Shown here: positions 10,534 to 20,217 of the stretch, one piece after another
Position numbering within the stretch: the stretch's first letter is position 1
Layout: each line of letters opens with the position of its first letter
Assembly: GCA_016840035.1 (NCBI GenBank)
Contig: JAEOTC010000086.1
Coordinates: forward strand, 32,001-96,000
Length of the DNA stretch: 64,000 bases
Direction of reading: 5' to 3'
Source of the DNA: Candidatus Hodarchaeota archaeon
GTDB taxonomy: Archaea > Asgardarchaeota > Heimdallarchaeia > Hodarchaeales > Hodarchaeaceae
The notes under the pieces: generated by a model
Seen by the model: only the letters and a program-made list of their open reading frames with translations
Databases searched by the model: none
What the model was told of the DNA's origin: nothing
Position numbers and translations under genes: made by a program

Positions 10534-10632
10534 ATCTCGTGAATCGGACTTTTATTTTGTACTCAACATCTTTAATTGAAATTTTGAGCTCTCTCTTTCT
10601 CTCAAATGATAAAAAACAGATAGATTGAATAT

Positions 10633-11208
10633 TTATTTCATATTTAAGGCTCTAATTCTTCTTGATTCCAATACAAAAATAATTATTCCAAGAACCATTG
10701 AGGTAAAAAACAAAATACTTCCTGGATGTTTGATAAAGTCATCTCCCATAAATAGTGCGAGTAAGAAGAACAGCATTAACCCTAAAATACATAAACACAG
10801 GTAGATCGTAAAACGAGGGATAATTCGATAACCAAATCGAATATAAAAGCCTAGAATTCCCGTTCTGACTTCTTCTGTAATGAAATATTTTTCCTCGGCC
10901 TCATTTTTCGCAACAATTCCTGCGTTAATTAATTTGTTCAGTTGATATGATACAATACCTGGAGAAGAAAATTCGAGTAATCTTTGTATTTCTCGTACAC
11001 CAGTCATTCCATTTGTAAGAAGACACCAGTAAACTTGAAGAGTTTTTCCTTTTAATAAATCATCATGTACTGGTTTTTTATTATCAATAGACATTGCTGC
11101 TGAACCTGAGTCCAAAATATTCTGAAGAAAGGTCGCGGATCCATACTTTGTTGTTAGAGAAAACTCCTCTGAACTCTTTCCTAAAAATCCTTCATTTGAC
11201 GATTTCAT
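10633..11208 (-). CDS. Membrane-tethered winged-HTH regulator (wHTH + 2 TM)
   Basis: LKGKTLQVYW..GVREIQRLLEFSSPGIVSYQLNKL then two hydrophobic helices. Confidence 0.75.
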   Translation of the reverse strand: MKSSNEGFLGKSSEEFSLTTKYGSATFLQNILDSGSAAMSIDNKKPVHDDLLKGKTLQVYWCLLTNGMTGVREIQRLLEFSSPGIVSYQLNKLINAGIVAKNEAEEKYFITEEVRTGILGFYIRFGYRIIPRFTIYLCLCILGLMLFFLLALFMGDDFIKHPGSILFFTSMVLGIIIFVLESRRIRALNMK

Positions 11209-13373
11209 TTTAGGTCGAACTCCTCCTTAAAATACTTTGTGAACTTGTTATTGGACAGAATACTAGCAGTAGCTATGATCACGAGTATACCTATTATCAA
11301 TGTAACCCCTGGAAGAAGATAATGGGTTATAATATAGATTGATTCCTCCATTTCTTCCCCTAAACGTATTATTATATTGCCATGTAACTTTGCTTCAACA
11401 TACTGAAGTTCAATATTGCTTTCTACTAATTCTATTCCTTTCCATGAATTTCTGTTTTCATCCCATTGGTTCAATGTTAGGTTTTCTGGATGTAAGGCTT
11501 CAAGTTCTTCGTAATCGTAATAACAACGTAATGTGTACTCAGAAGTTGAATTGGAAACAGAGATCCTATAGAATTTACCTGTTTCGTTTTTATTAGGAAG
11601 AAAAGCACTTAATTCCCGAGAAAGTTCAACGGTTACAGTCAATTTATCTTCTGTAGAAATTAATCCATCAGCTGATGGAAAATAGATAGATTCTCTATCA
11701 ATTTCTATATTTTCAAATCGTGATTGGAAATGTGTCTGGGGAGTGGAGTAGTTGAAGTATATTCCATCGTATGGAACTGGATCAAACCAGACATACGAAG
11801 AAACAGCATTCGTTTTTAAACAACCATGTGTGGACTCAGTTAAAAGTATTAATGGGGTATAACTGAATAAAAGATGAGCAACTACTTCAGCGTAGTGCTG
11901 CTTTTCTTGTTTTACAGGTGTTGTAAGACCTTTGGTTATATAATAATCAATAATATCATCAGAAGTTCCAGCTGTATTAGAAAGCCCATCTGAATGGAAT
12001 AGGTCATATGCGCTGAATATCCAATCCCAATAAAAATAGAAACCGACGAAAAATATATCGAAATCACCACTATAAAATACTCCCCACCAGTCATGCTCTG
12101 TTGTAGGAACATATGTACAATTTATACCGATAGCATCTAAATAAGGGAGGATTAATAAAATATACCTCTCCATCCAATAAACTCCTCTAACTGTCAGAGA
12201 AAACCGATATCCATCTGGATTTCGGAGATAGCCGGCCTCATCCAACAATTTATTGGCCTCCTCAGGATTATATGGAAATGCTGAGTTTGTGTGATTGTTT
12301 TTTAAGGTGTTATCGAGAATAAAGTCTTTTGCGTAAAAAAATTCTGTGAATTTATCTGTATCAAGCTGTTCAATAATTGATTCTTTATCAATGGCATAAT
12401 TGAGCGCTTTCCTCACTTTGTGATTGGATAATTCGACAAAGTTATGGTTTAAAAATCCATAATGCAAACTTCTTGGATATGAATAGTATTGCCAGTAATT
12501 TTCATTGATATCTGAAGAATTTAAAACGCTAGAAAGATAGGGGGCTGTATCTCCTTTTTCTGCTATTATTGCTTCAGCTGCATTGGTTTGGTTCGTATAT
12601 AAAAGATACTGTAGATGCTTGAAAGGGGGTAAACCACGAAAATAATTAGTAAAACGTTTGAAAGTGTAATTAAAAAACGTTCCCTCATCTGTAACACTTT
12701 GAAGTTCATAAGGCCCGCTCCCAACTGGCCAATAATATGAAAACTCACTTATTTGACTTTCATTGAGAGTCCTGGTGATTGCCTCAATTCTTACGTGTGA
12801 AGCAATCACTTTGAAAAAAGCTGAATAGGGTGTTTCAAAGTTAAATTTTATGATGTAATCATCCAATATCTCAATCGATTCGAGAGGAATAAAATTAAAT
12901 TGCCCATTAGCTCTATAACGCTCATTGCTCTCGTTAATAATTGCATCATATGTAGCTTTTACAGCATGTGCATTCAGAATTGAGCCATCATGGCACATAA
13001 TGTTCTCGTGAAGGTAAAATACATAGTGTTTACTATTATTTGAAACAATCCATTGCTTAGCAATTGAGGGGCGTATTTCACCGGTCATTGGATGTATTTC
13101 AATAAGTGTATCAAAAGGAAGAGAGAGCACTGCAATCACATCAGTCATAGGATTAAACCTAGGAGCGAATCTTCCAGCAACAACATATATCATTTTTAAC
13201 GTATCAGGAATTTCCTGGTTTGAATCTTCCGAATCGTCCATATCATTGGCCTTTTGACTTAAAAGGATATTCTCTATAGATAAAATTGGGATAGCGTTCT
13301 GAATAATAAAAGAAAATAGGAATAAGGATATTAATATTAAGGAGAACTGTTTTCGCCGCATACTGTATAACAA
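11205..13373 (-). CDS. Family-5 (peptide/nickel) solute-binding protein with C-terminal extra domain and TM anchor
   Basis: PSIAKQW, HDGSILNAHAV, PVGSGPY, VRKALNYAID, YNPEEANKLLDEAGY. Confidence 0.85.
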   Translation of the reverse strand: MLYSMRRKQFSLILISLFLFSFIIQNAIPILSIENILLSQKANDMDDSEDSNQEIPDTLKMIYVVAGRFAPRFNPMTDVIAVLSLPFDTLIEIHPMTGEIRPSIAKQWIVSNNSKHYVFYLHENIMCHDGSILNAHAVKATYDAIINESNERYRANGQFNFIPLESIEILDDYIIKFNFETPYSAFFKVIASHVRIEAITRTLNESQISEFSYYWPVGSGPYELQSVTDEGTFFNYTFKRFTNYFRGLPPFKHLQYLLYTNQTNAAEAIIAEKGDTAPYLSSVLNSSDINENYWQYYSYPRSLHYGFLNHNFVELSNHKVRKALNYAIDKESIIEQLDTDKFTEFFYAKDFILDNTLKNNHTNSAFPYNPEEANKLLDEAGYLRNPDGYRFSLTVRGVYWMERYILLILPYLDAIGINCTYVPTTEHDWWGVFYSGDFDIFFVGFYFYWDWIFSAYDLFHSDGLSNTAGTSDDIIDYYITKGLTTPVKQEKQHYAEVVAHLLFSYTPLILLTESTHGCLKTNAVSSYVWFDPVPYDGIYFNYSTPQTHFQSRFENIEIDRESIYFPSADGLISTEDKLTVTVELSRELSAFLPNKNETGKFYRISVSNSTSEYTLRCYYDYEELEALHPENLTLNQWDENRNSWKGIELVESNIELQYVEAKLHGNIIIRLGEEMEESIYIITHYLLPGVTLIIGILVIIATASILSNNKFTKYFKEEFDLK

Positions 13374-13480
13374 ATCCCAAGAACTTTCTTGTATTAATCG
13401 CTAATATGATTTATTTTATTGAAAAACACCCGATTTAAACCTTTCTACACCACGGAGGTGTTCTAACACAATAATCTTAC

Positions 13481-13496
13481 GTACTAACTTTGGAAC
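13481..13496. promoter_or_regulatory. Third copy of the 16-bp palindrome upstream of the SBP-wHTH operon
   Basis: GTACTAACTTTGGAAC (reverse complement GTTCCAAAGTTAGTAC); half-site GTTCTAAC at 13460. Confidence 0.55.
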
Positions 13497-13832
13497 AGTA
13501 TTTTTTGATGTATGAAACCTTAACACAGATTCTCTCCTAGTATAATGAATCTCAATATTTTGATGAAAATTTCGTGATGAGCACTTTTTAGGGTGTATTT
13601 CTATCAAAGAGGTGAAAAAGCTCTCAATCTGTATCGACAGGGTACTACTCGCAAAGTAGATGGATGTATTTTTAATAATAAGGAGAATTTAATTCTTATT
13701 CACCCGTATACGAAAATCTATAACTATTGAAGAATATTCATATTGGAATTGAGCTCTCCCTTGTCATCTGAAGGTTTGGTTCCAGTTCCAAACCTGAAAG
13801 ATAAAATTTAATGTAAAAAATAATAATATCTG

Positions 13833-14516
13833 GTGCTTTTATTCATGGAAACTCAGTTAGATAAGCTTTTTGAAGCGACACCAAAACCTGTTGTCTGGAT
13901 TGAAGGTATAATTGGATGTGGTAAAACCACACTAACAAAAACGATTTCAAGAAAGCTTGATTTTCGAGCTATATATGAACCTGTAAATTTAGAATTATTA
14001 GAGATGTTCTACAAGGATCAGGATCGTTGGGCTTTTGCAATGCAGATTGACTTACTCCATCGTCGCTACGCGTTACAAAAACTCGGTTCATTTGAATCTA
14101 TAACAGGTAAGGGTGTGGTAATTGATCGTGGACTGCCTGGGGATCGTGTTTTTGCGAAAATGCTGTATAAAGCTGGAAAAATGGATCGAATTGAGTGGGC
14201 AATTTATGAGCGTGCGTATCAAGTTATGACGAATTCTCTAATCCCTCCAAGTGTCATAATCTTTATGGAGGTTTCCCCTGAGATTGCACAACAGAGGATT
14301 CAAAATAGAGATCGAAAAGCAGAACGTGGGGATCTGGTACCTCTTGCCTACCTCCAAGAATTAGAGCAAGGATATTTGGAACTTTTATCAGAGATTGAAT
14401 CTGCTTATCCTGCATGGAGTCGTGGAATGAAAGTAATTCGACTTCCCTTTAATAGTACGGAGGAATCCGAGGAGTCTATCCAGAACGTACTTGGAATAAT
14501 TCGGGAATTATTGTAG
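13833..14516 (+). CDS. Deoxynucleoside kinase (dGK/dAK family)
   Basis: IEGIIGCGKTT, YEPV, RWAFAMQ, DR..DRVFA, RIQNRDRKAE lid. Confidence 0.9.
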   Translation: MLLFMETQLDKLFEATPKPVVWIEGIIGCGKTTLTKTISRKLDFRAIYEPVNLELLEMFYKDQDRWAFAMQIDLLHRRYALQKLGSFESITGKGVVIDRGLPGDRVFAKMLYKAGKMDRIEWAIYERAYQVMTNSLIPPSVIIFMEVSPEIAQQRIQNRDRKAERGDLVPLAYLQELEQGYLELLSEIESAYPAWSRGMKVIRLPFNSTEESEESIQNVLGIIRELL

Positions 14517-15038
14517 ATGGTTCACATTAATATTGAGTTTAAAGCGAAATGTGAAAATCCTGCTTCTCTTCGTAAAATTTTATTATCTTTAGATCCAGTG
14601 TATAAAGGGAAGGATCATCAAATCGATACATACTTCAAAGTTGAGTCTGGACGTTTAAAACTTCGGGAAGGAAATATTGAAAATGCATTAATCCATTACG
14701 AAAGACCAGACATCGCGGATGTTAAACAATCTACAATACTTCTTCATCATCCCAGACCAGATAACACTTCTTCCCTAAAAGATATCCTGATAAAAACTCT
14801 AGGAGTATTGACTATCGTAGACAAAGAACGTGAAATTTACTTTATTGATAATGTTAAGTTTCATATTGATAGTGTTAAGTCTTTAGGCTATTTTGTAGAG
14901 GTGGAAGCAATTGATTCTGATGGCTCTATTGGTATTCAAAAATTACAAAAGCAATGTGATTATTATCGTAAGTTATTCCAAATTTCTTCCAAGGATCTAA
15001 TTGATTTTTCTTATTCTGATCTGATTATGAGAGAATAA
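14517..15038 (+). CDS. CYTH/CyaB-like triphosphate-tunnel protein
   Basis: NIEFKAK, QIDTYF, RLKLRE, KEREIY, HID.V..LG.FVEVE, SYSDL. Confidence 0.9.
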   Translation: MVHINIEFKAKCENPASLRKILLSLDPVYKGKDHQIDTYFKVESGRLKLREGNIENALIHYERPDIADVKQSTILLHHPRPDNTSSLKDILIKTLGVLTIVDKEREIYFIDNVKFHIDSVKSLGYFVEVEAIDSDGSIGIQKLQKQCDYYRKLFQISSKDLIDFSYSDLIMRE

Positions 15039-15089
15039 ATGACTTAAATTACTTCAAAAGACATTTTCAAACCAGGAGAAATTCTTACT

Positions 15090-15410
15090 ATGCCCACTTT
15101 GAAAGAAAATCCAAGTTTAGCCAATTATCAACAATATGTTGCCGAGCTAGAACAGGAAAGAGATTTTAAAGATCAAACAGTTCTTGACAAATGTTTATTG
15201 CTTGGAGAAGAGGTAGGAGAGCTTTTTAAAGCCGTTCGGAAGAAAGAGGGATTGAATATTGATCCAAATTCGGACACTACTTTGATTTCTCACGAATTAG
15301 TGGATATTTTTATTTTCTTGTGTGCAATCGCGAATCGTTATGATATTAATTTGGACGATGCATTCCTGAATAAAGAAGAAATTAATAAAAACCGCTCTTG
15401 GGTTAAATAA
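15090..15410 (+). CDS. MazG-like NTP pyrophosphatase
   Basis: LGEEVGEL..ELVDIF..KEEIN..R.W. Confidence 0.9.
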   Translation: MPTLKENPSLANYQQYVAELEQERDFKDQTVLDKCLLLGEEVGELFKAVRKKEGLNIDPNSDTTLISHELVDIFIFLCAIANRYDINLDDAFLNKEEINKNRSWVK

Positions 15411-15571
15411 ATGGAGGTTTCTAACTATAAAGTTTGAGTTGGAGTCGGTACTGAAGTCCAAAATATTTTTGGGTGTTTATTAATCGAAAATTCCGTAATA
15501 TGGTATGATGCCACCACGTACAGAACCCTCGAACAAATAGATTTCAGCGAATCCTTTACGAGATACATCCA

Positions 15572-17707
15572 TTGTATACATATCCAACATCATACCATTT
15601 TGAGTTTATTCCTGAAAGAACTGATCAATCAAGTATAAAGTTACTGAGAAATATTCCACATACTTTTACGTTAGAATATGCTATTTTTGAACCAAAAACG
15701 GTTCATATTAGCTTACATGTTGAACCTAAACGACGGATCATAATTCCTACAAAGCCCCATTCTGCTGTTGCAACTCTTCATCAGTTTATAACTTCTCTCG
15801 GCCTTCATGTGGATTTAATTAAGCCAGGTAGAGATCCCATACCGAAACTCCTGAGTATGATCAAACCAAAGTTTTTTCTTGATCCAGATGAACCTTGTCT
15901 ACATAGTGGGGGGATTCTCGGAATAGAACTCGAATCTATTTCTTCCATTACAAATGAGGGGTTTATCAATGGTCTTCTTGAACTAATCACGGAAAATCCC
16001 ACCTTTACACTGTTTCAAATATGTTTTCAAGCTCGTAAAATTCCCAAGGAATTTCGATCTTCTGAATCTCCTGATGATCACAACCAAATTAGGTTTAATA
16101 TTCATCAAGGTAGAGTTGAACGAAGTGCACAACAATTCAACATGAATATTATGGAGGAAGCAGGATGCTTTCAATTTTCAGTTCGGTTATTAGTTGTCGA
16201 AAGAACTGAGGAACAGCTGAAAACGAAGCTGGAAAGAGCTTCTGTCTTTCTTAAAGCTCATGGGGTGAAGACACGGAAATATCCGTCTTTCCTCCGTTCA
16301 TTCAAACGTTTTAAATTTCATCTTAGAAATCGGAAAATCCAACCTGCACTCCTGACGGATGGTTTTACACTCATGAAATTTTTAACTTTTCCAACAAACC
16401 AATACTCCCTGCTTGGATACCAAATTGTCCCTCATAAGGAAAAATATGGGATTTCGTCCACAGGACCGCATCTTAGCACAAGTGACATGATTCGAATTGG
16501 AGTTCCCATTCTAAGTGGAAAAACGGCAACGTCTCCAATGGGCCTTTCAGGAAAAGATTTATCACGTCATATGGCTGTGTTTGGAATGACTGGAGAGGGA
16601 AAAAGCAGGTTTATCTTTAATTTGATTCAGGAATTTCATCAAAACAAAGTAAAATTTTTGATAATTGATCCTAAAGGGGAGTATATTTATCCAGTTCAAC
16701 AATTCTGCAATGATTTCATATATATTAAACCTGGTTCTGACTTATTTCCATGGGGAATTAATATCTTTGAGATACCATTAGACCCCCAAGGGAAGCCACT
16801 AATATCTCGTGAGGATCATATTCAATTTGTTGTTTCATTATTAGATAATGTGCTTGATGAATCAGATTCTCTCTCCCCTCAAATGAGACGTTTAATCCAA
16901 TTAGCGACTATTCAGACTATCAATGAAGAAGGTGATTTTAAATTATTTCTGCAATGGTTAAATAAACCTAATGCCCTGGGTCTTAGAGGAGCCTATTTAG
17001 AAAATACATCTGCAGGAGCAATTAATCGTTTCACTAAATTACTCTTCGGAAATACTGGAAGGTGCTTCACAGTTACTTCCAGCTCGTTTAACATATCACA
17101 ATTTCTTGATCAAAACGTCATTTTAGATTTATCAGCATTTGAAGCCATGGAAGACATAAATGGGAGACAGTTATTACTAGAGGTCATATTTCAGTATCTC
17201 TATTACTTTATTCGGAAATTTCGTCCTCCATTTAAGGAGGAAAAGCTTCCCCAGAACGTAATAATCCTTGATGAAATCAATAAGCTTCTCCCTCCTACAA
17301 CTTACAAGCAATTGACACCAAAATCAATCATTGGTCGGGGTCCATGGACATTACGCGCATATGATGTGTCCATGGTATTCATTGGAACTGATCCAATAAT
17401 AGATCTTCCTATGTTGACGAATGCAGGTGTTTTCACCATGTTCTACTCGAAATTTGATCCATATAAAATTGCCAATTTATTGGGAGTTTCCAAAGATACT
17501 TACAACCAGATGCTTTCCCTTTTGAAAGCAAAACCTGACGAAAGACGTTGTTTAGTCTCAGTTAATAAGAACATTACGCTGATTAAGACTGATCCTATTG
17601 AAATTAAAGTTTCAGGACATTCAACCTTTGATATACTAAAAGATAAACCCGTACAGATTCAGCTACGAGAAAATTATAACCAAAATTCCTTTGAATTAAA
17701 ATTTTGA
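15572..17707 (+). CDS. HerA/VirB4-like (DUF87) ATPase; start uncertain
   Basis: RHMAVFGMTGEGKS Walker A, IIDPKGEY, IILDE Walker B. Confidence 0.8.
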   Translation: MYTYPTSYHFEFIPERTDQSSIKLLRNIPHTFTLEYAIFEPKTVHISLHVEPKRRIIIPTKPHSAVATLHQFITSLGLHVDLIKPGRDPIPKLLSMIKPKFFLDPDEPCLHSGGILGIELESISSITNEGFINGLLELITENPTFTLFQICFQARKIPKEFRSSESPDDHNQIRFNIHQGRVERSAQQFNMNIMEEAGCFQFSVRLLVVERTEEQLKTKLERASVFLKAHGVKTRKYPSFLRSFKRFKFHLRNRKIQPALLTDGFTLMKFLTFPTNQYSLLGYQIVPHKEKYGISSTGPHLSTSDMIRIGVPILSGKTATSPMGLSGKDLSRHMAVFGMTGEGKSRFIFNLIQEFHQNKVKFLIIDPKGEYIYPVQQFCNDFIYIKPGSDLFPWGINIFEIPLDPQGKPLISREDHIQFVVSLLDNVLDESDSLSPQMRRLIQLATIQTINEEGDFKLFLQWLNKPNALGLRGAYLENTSAGAINRFTKLLFGNTGRCFTVTSSSFNISQFLDQNVILDLSAFEAMEDINGRQLLLEVIFQYLYYFIRKFRPPFKEEKLPQNVIILDEINKLLPPTTYKQLTPKSIIGRGPWTLRAYDVSMVFIGTDPIIDLPMLTNAGVFTMFYSKFDPYKIANLLGVSKDTYNQMLSLLKAKPDERRCLVSVNKNITLIKTDPIEIKVSGHSTFDILKDKPVQIQLRENYNQNSFELKF

Positions 17708-17729
17708 TTGTTTAATCAGTTGAATCTCA

Positions 17730-18869
17730 TTATACCATAACTGCAGCTATTGTTGGTGGATCATCCTCTGATATTGTTATTAACCCTTTAGTTACTAGAT
17801 CACCAAGCATCTGTTTCAACTTTAATGGATGCGCGCCTACAGACATAGCTAGGGTAGGAAGATCTAATACGCCGCCTAAATTCAATAGGATGAGAATTGA
17901 TGCATACAGTGGATGAGTAGAGAGTAATCGCTGGGTATATTCTAAAAGAACATTTTTCTCAAGGCGTTCTGTTATTGCTTTTTCTAATGAAGATTTCGCA
18001 TCTGTTAATTCATCTTCAGTCAGAGTCAGAGCTTCTTCCAAGCGCTCTACTGAAATTTTATGTTGCCTTGACATATCATCTATTCTTTTATTCTGGGTTT
18101 CTAACTTCGTTTTCATTTCTTCCAGATCAATTTCCATCTCTTGCCGAATCTCTTTTGTACGAGATTGAATACCATCTTCGAGCATCCGTTGATAATAATT
18201 TTCTTGAATCTGGTAAGTTTCAGCCACTGAAGCTAGTGCTTCTTGAATATCTTTTTCATGGATCAAATCTTTTTCTTTTAACTTACCGATTAGAGCTTCT
18301 TTCATCTCAATTTCATTGATAAGTACTTTAGATTGAGTTTGATGCGTTATTAGCTCTTTTTGTTGATTTTCGAGTTGTGTTCGAACTCGCTTCACATCTG
18401 CCTCAAGTGCGGTCAGCTTATCAGTATTTTCAGCTAATTGAGCAAGTATATCGGTTTTTTCATCCTCTATTTGTTTAAGTTCAGCATTCTTCTCTTTTAT
18501 CTGAGATTTGAACTCAATATTACTCTCCCGTAATTGCTCTAATTCTTTTTCCTGTTCAACAGAAGCCTCGTCTTGTACTATAAACCCACCTTCAGATAAT
18601 CCCTCTTTTATTCGACCTAAGGATTTGATCGTTATGCGAGTTAATTCACTATCTACAATACGAGCGGTCTCTTTCCGTATACTTTTCACTAATGTGTCAA
18701 TATCTTGATAACTGAAGTTCGGAAGTCCTTGAGAAAGTAATGTACTTTTTGTACCTGAAACTACTACGCCAATCTCTTGCTGGGAAACTTTTCGATCTTT
18801 AGCCATCTCATTAATAAATTCTAAACCAAATTCTTTCAGAGAAAATTGTGTCATTTCTTGTTCCCTCAA
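17730..18869 (-). CDS. Long coiled-coil protein with C-terminal winged helix
   Basis: E/K/Q/L heptads; LDLPTLAMSVG..LGDLVTKGLITI. Confidence 0.6.
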   Translation of the reverse strand: MREQEMTQFSLKEFGLEFINEMAKDRKVSQQEIGVVVSGTKSTLLSQGLPNFSYQDIDTLVKSIRKETARIVDSELTRITIKSLGRIKEGLSEGGFIVQDEASVEQEKELEQLRESNIEFKSQIKEKNAELKQIEDEKTDILAQLAENTDKLTALEADVKRVRTQLENQQKELITHQTQSKVLINEIEMKEALIGKLKEKDLIHEKDIQEALASVAETYQIQENYYQRMLEDGIQSRTKEIRQEMEIDLEEMKTKLETQNKRIDDMSRQHKISVERLEEALTLTEDELTDAKSSLEKAITERLEKNVLLEYTQRLLSTHPLYASILILLNLGGVLDLPTLAMSVGAHPLKLKQMLGDLVTKGLITISEDDPPTIAAVMV

Positions 18870-18992
18870 ATGACCTGCTGGTTTTAATGATAACGTCAGG
18901 TAAGTTTTATCTTTGATTGATTATTTAAATCTGTAGGAGGAACTCACATTATCGAGCTTCGATGTTAACAGTGAAGGAGTTGCACATTATTA

Positions 18993-19409
18993 CTACGAGT
19001 TCCATAGATTTTGCAGATCTGGAATTAATGTTGCCGTAAGTATTGTAATTACTCCTTGAATTAAGATCGCCGTAATTAATGCAAATAATATGCTTAGTAA
19101 TGTACCTAACAAATAATATTCAGCAAAATGACGTTCTTTCAGCTGTTCAAATCGTGCCATCGACTTAGCAACGAATACAAACGATATTGTACCAAATTCT
19201 CCCATTAATGCTAGAGTCAGTATTATTGCCCGTTCTACCTGTCCAATTTTTTTTCCCGCGCCTAAAAGACCCATTGATTTCTTTGTTGAATCTGGATCTT
19301 TATAGGGAGATAGGAATCGACCCACGAACCATGCCCCTACGAATATTGCCCATAAATATGCGAACAGATATAGAAACACAAGTATTAGAAATAAATCTAG
19401 CTGAAACAC
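18993..19409 (-). CDS. DUF3307/SatE-like membrane protein
   Basis: GKKIGQVER, AKSMARF, FAEYYLLGTLLS. Confidence 0.8.
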   Translation of the reverse strand: MFQLDLFLILVFLYLFAYLWAIFVGAWFVGRFLSPYKDPDSTKKSMGLLGAGKKIGQVERAIILTLALMGEFGTISFVFVAKSMARFEQLKERHFAEYYLLGTLLSILFALITAILIQGVITILTATLIPDLQNLWNS

Positions 19410-19426
19410 TTAGTATCCTCCTAGGT

Positions 19427-20059
19427 TTAACATACTGGAAAAGTTAAATTATTTAATGTTTCGATAGCAATTCTGATTTCCTCCCAATGAGCGCTTTTAA
19501 GAATATTTGAAACAGCCTGTTTAGTAATGTTGTTACTATTTTTCGTTTTAATCCTTTTTCCAATCTTCTCATATGTCAATCCTTGTCTTCGGTAGTGAAT
19601 CACTTCTTTTTGTCTATCTGTCCATGGTTCCTTCAAGATATTCAATAAAGTAAGTAAAGAATTTGTCAATTGATCGAATGATTTATTCTTTGATTGTATC
19701 CAGACCGATCGTTGGTTCTTATGTGCAATCTCTAGCGCTCCTCTTGATCGATAAAACGCCGGCCCATCCATTTCCATGGAATTTTTCGATATGGTAGTGC
19801 TTATTGTTCCTATCCCTATTCCACAACGGAAATTAAAGGGTAATTCTTCTTCTAATCTCTCAAAAATCGAATAAAAATTCTTTAACTCTTTTAAAACTCC
19901 TTGAAATGAATCTCCCCAGACAATAACGAAGGGAGAAATAATTCTTTCCGAGTAATCAAGGTTTATTTGATTAATTACAGATTTTAATGTTTCCTGTACC
20001 TCTAATCTATTGGTGATTTCTCTTGAATGTACAATATCACAAGTTAAAACAACGTACAT
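19427..20059 (-). CDS. satD: SatD family protein
   Basis: CDIVHSR, GDSFQG, RCGIGIG, DGPAFY, C-terminal HTH ITKQAVS. Confidence 0.85.
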   Translation of the reverse strand: MYVVLTCDIVHSREITNRLEVQETLKSVINQINLDYSERIISPFVIVWGDSFQGVLKELKNFYSIFERLEEELPFNFRCGIGIGTISTTISKNSMEMDGPAFYRSRGALEIAHKNQRSVWIQSKNKSFDQLTNSLLTLLNILKEPWTDRQKEVIHYRRQGLTYEKIGKRIKTKNSNNITKQAVSNILKSAHWEEIRIAIETLNNLTFPVC

Positions 20060-20118
20060 CTGTTTGGATTCACCTCTTTTACTGCATTTTGTTTTGGTTG
20101 TTTTCCTCTAACAATTGC

Positions 20119-20211
20119 ATCAATCTTTTTTCAATTGACTTCTTAGTTGTCAACTTAAAAAGCTTGTTATTTCAAAAGTCAATAAAATATAGTTGACGGA
20201 CATAAAGTCAA
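20119..20211. repeat. 29-bp-periodic array of alternating GTCAA/TTGAC half-sites upstream of satD
   Basis: ATCAA/GTCAA at 20119, 20149, 20178, 20207; TTGAC/TTGTT at 20135, 20164, 20193. Confidence 0.7.
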
Positions 20212-20217
20212 TATGAT

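Noticed and set aside
13416-13607. 63-aa ORF
   Set aside because: Overlaps the promoter/operator region and has no motif
20119-20211. Mini-CRISPR array
   Set aside because: Only 5-bp half-sites are conserved; no 24-48 bp repeats and no cas genes
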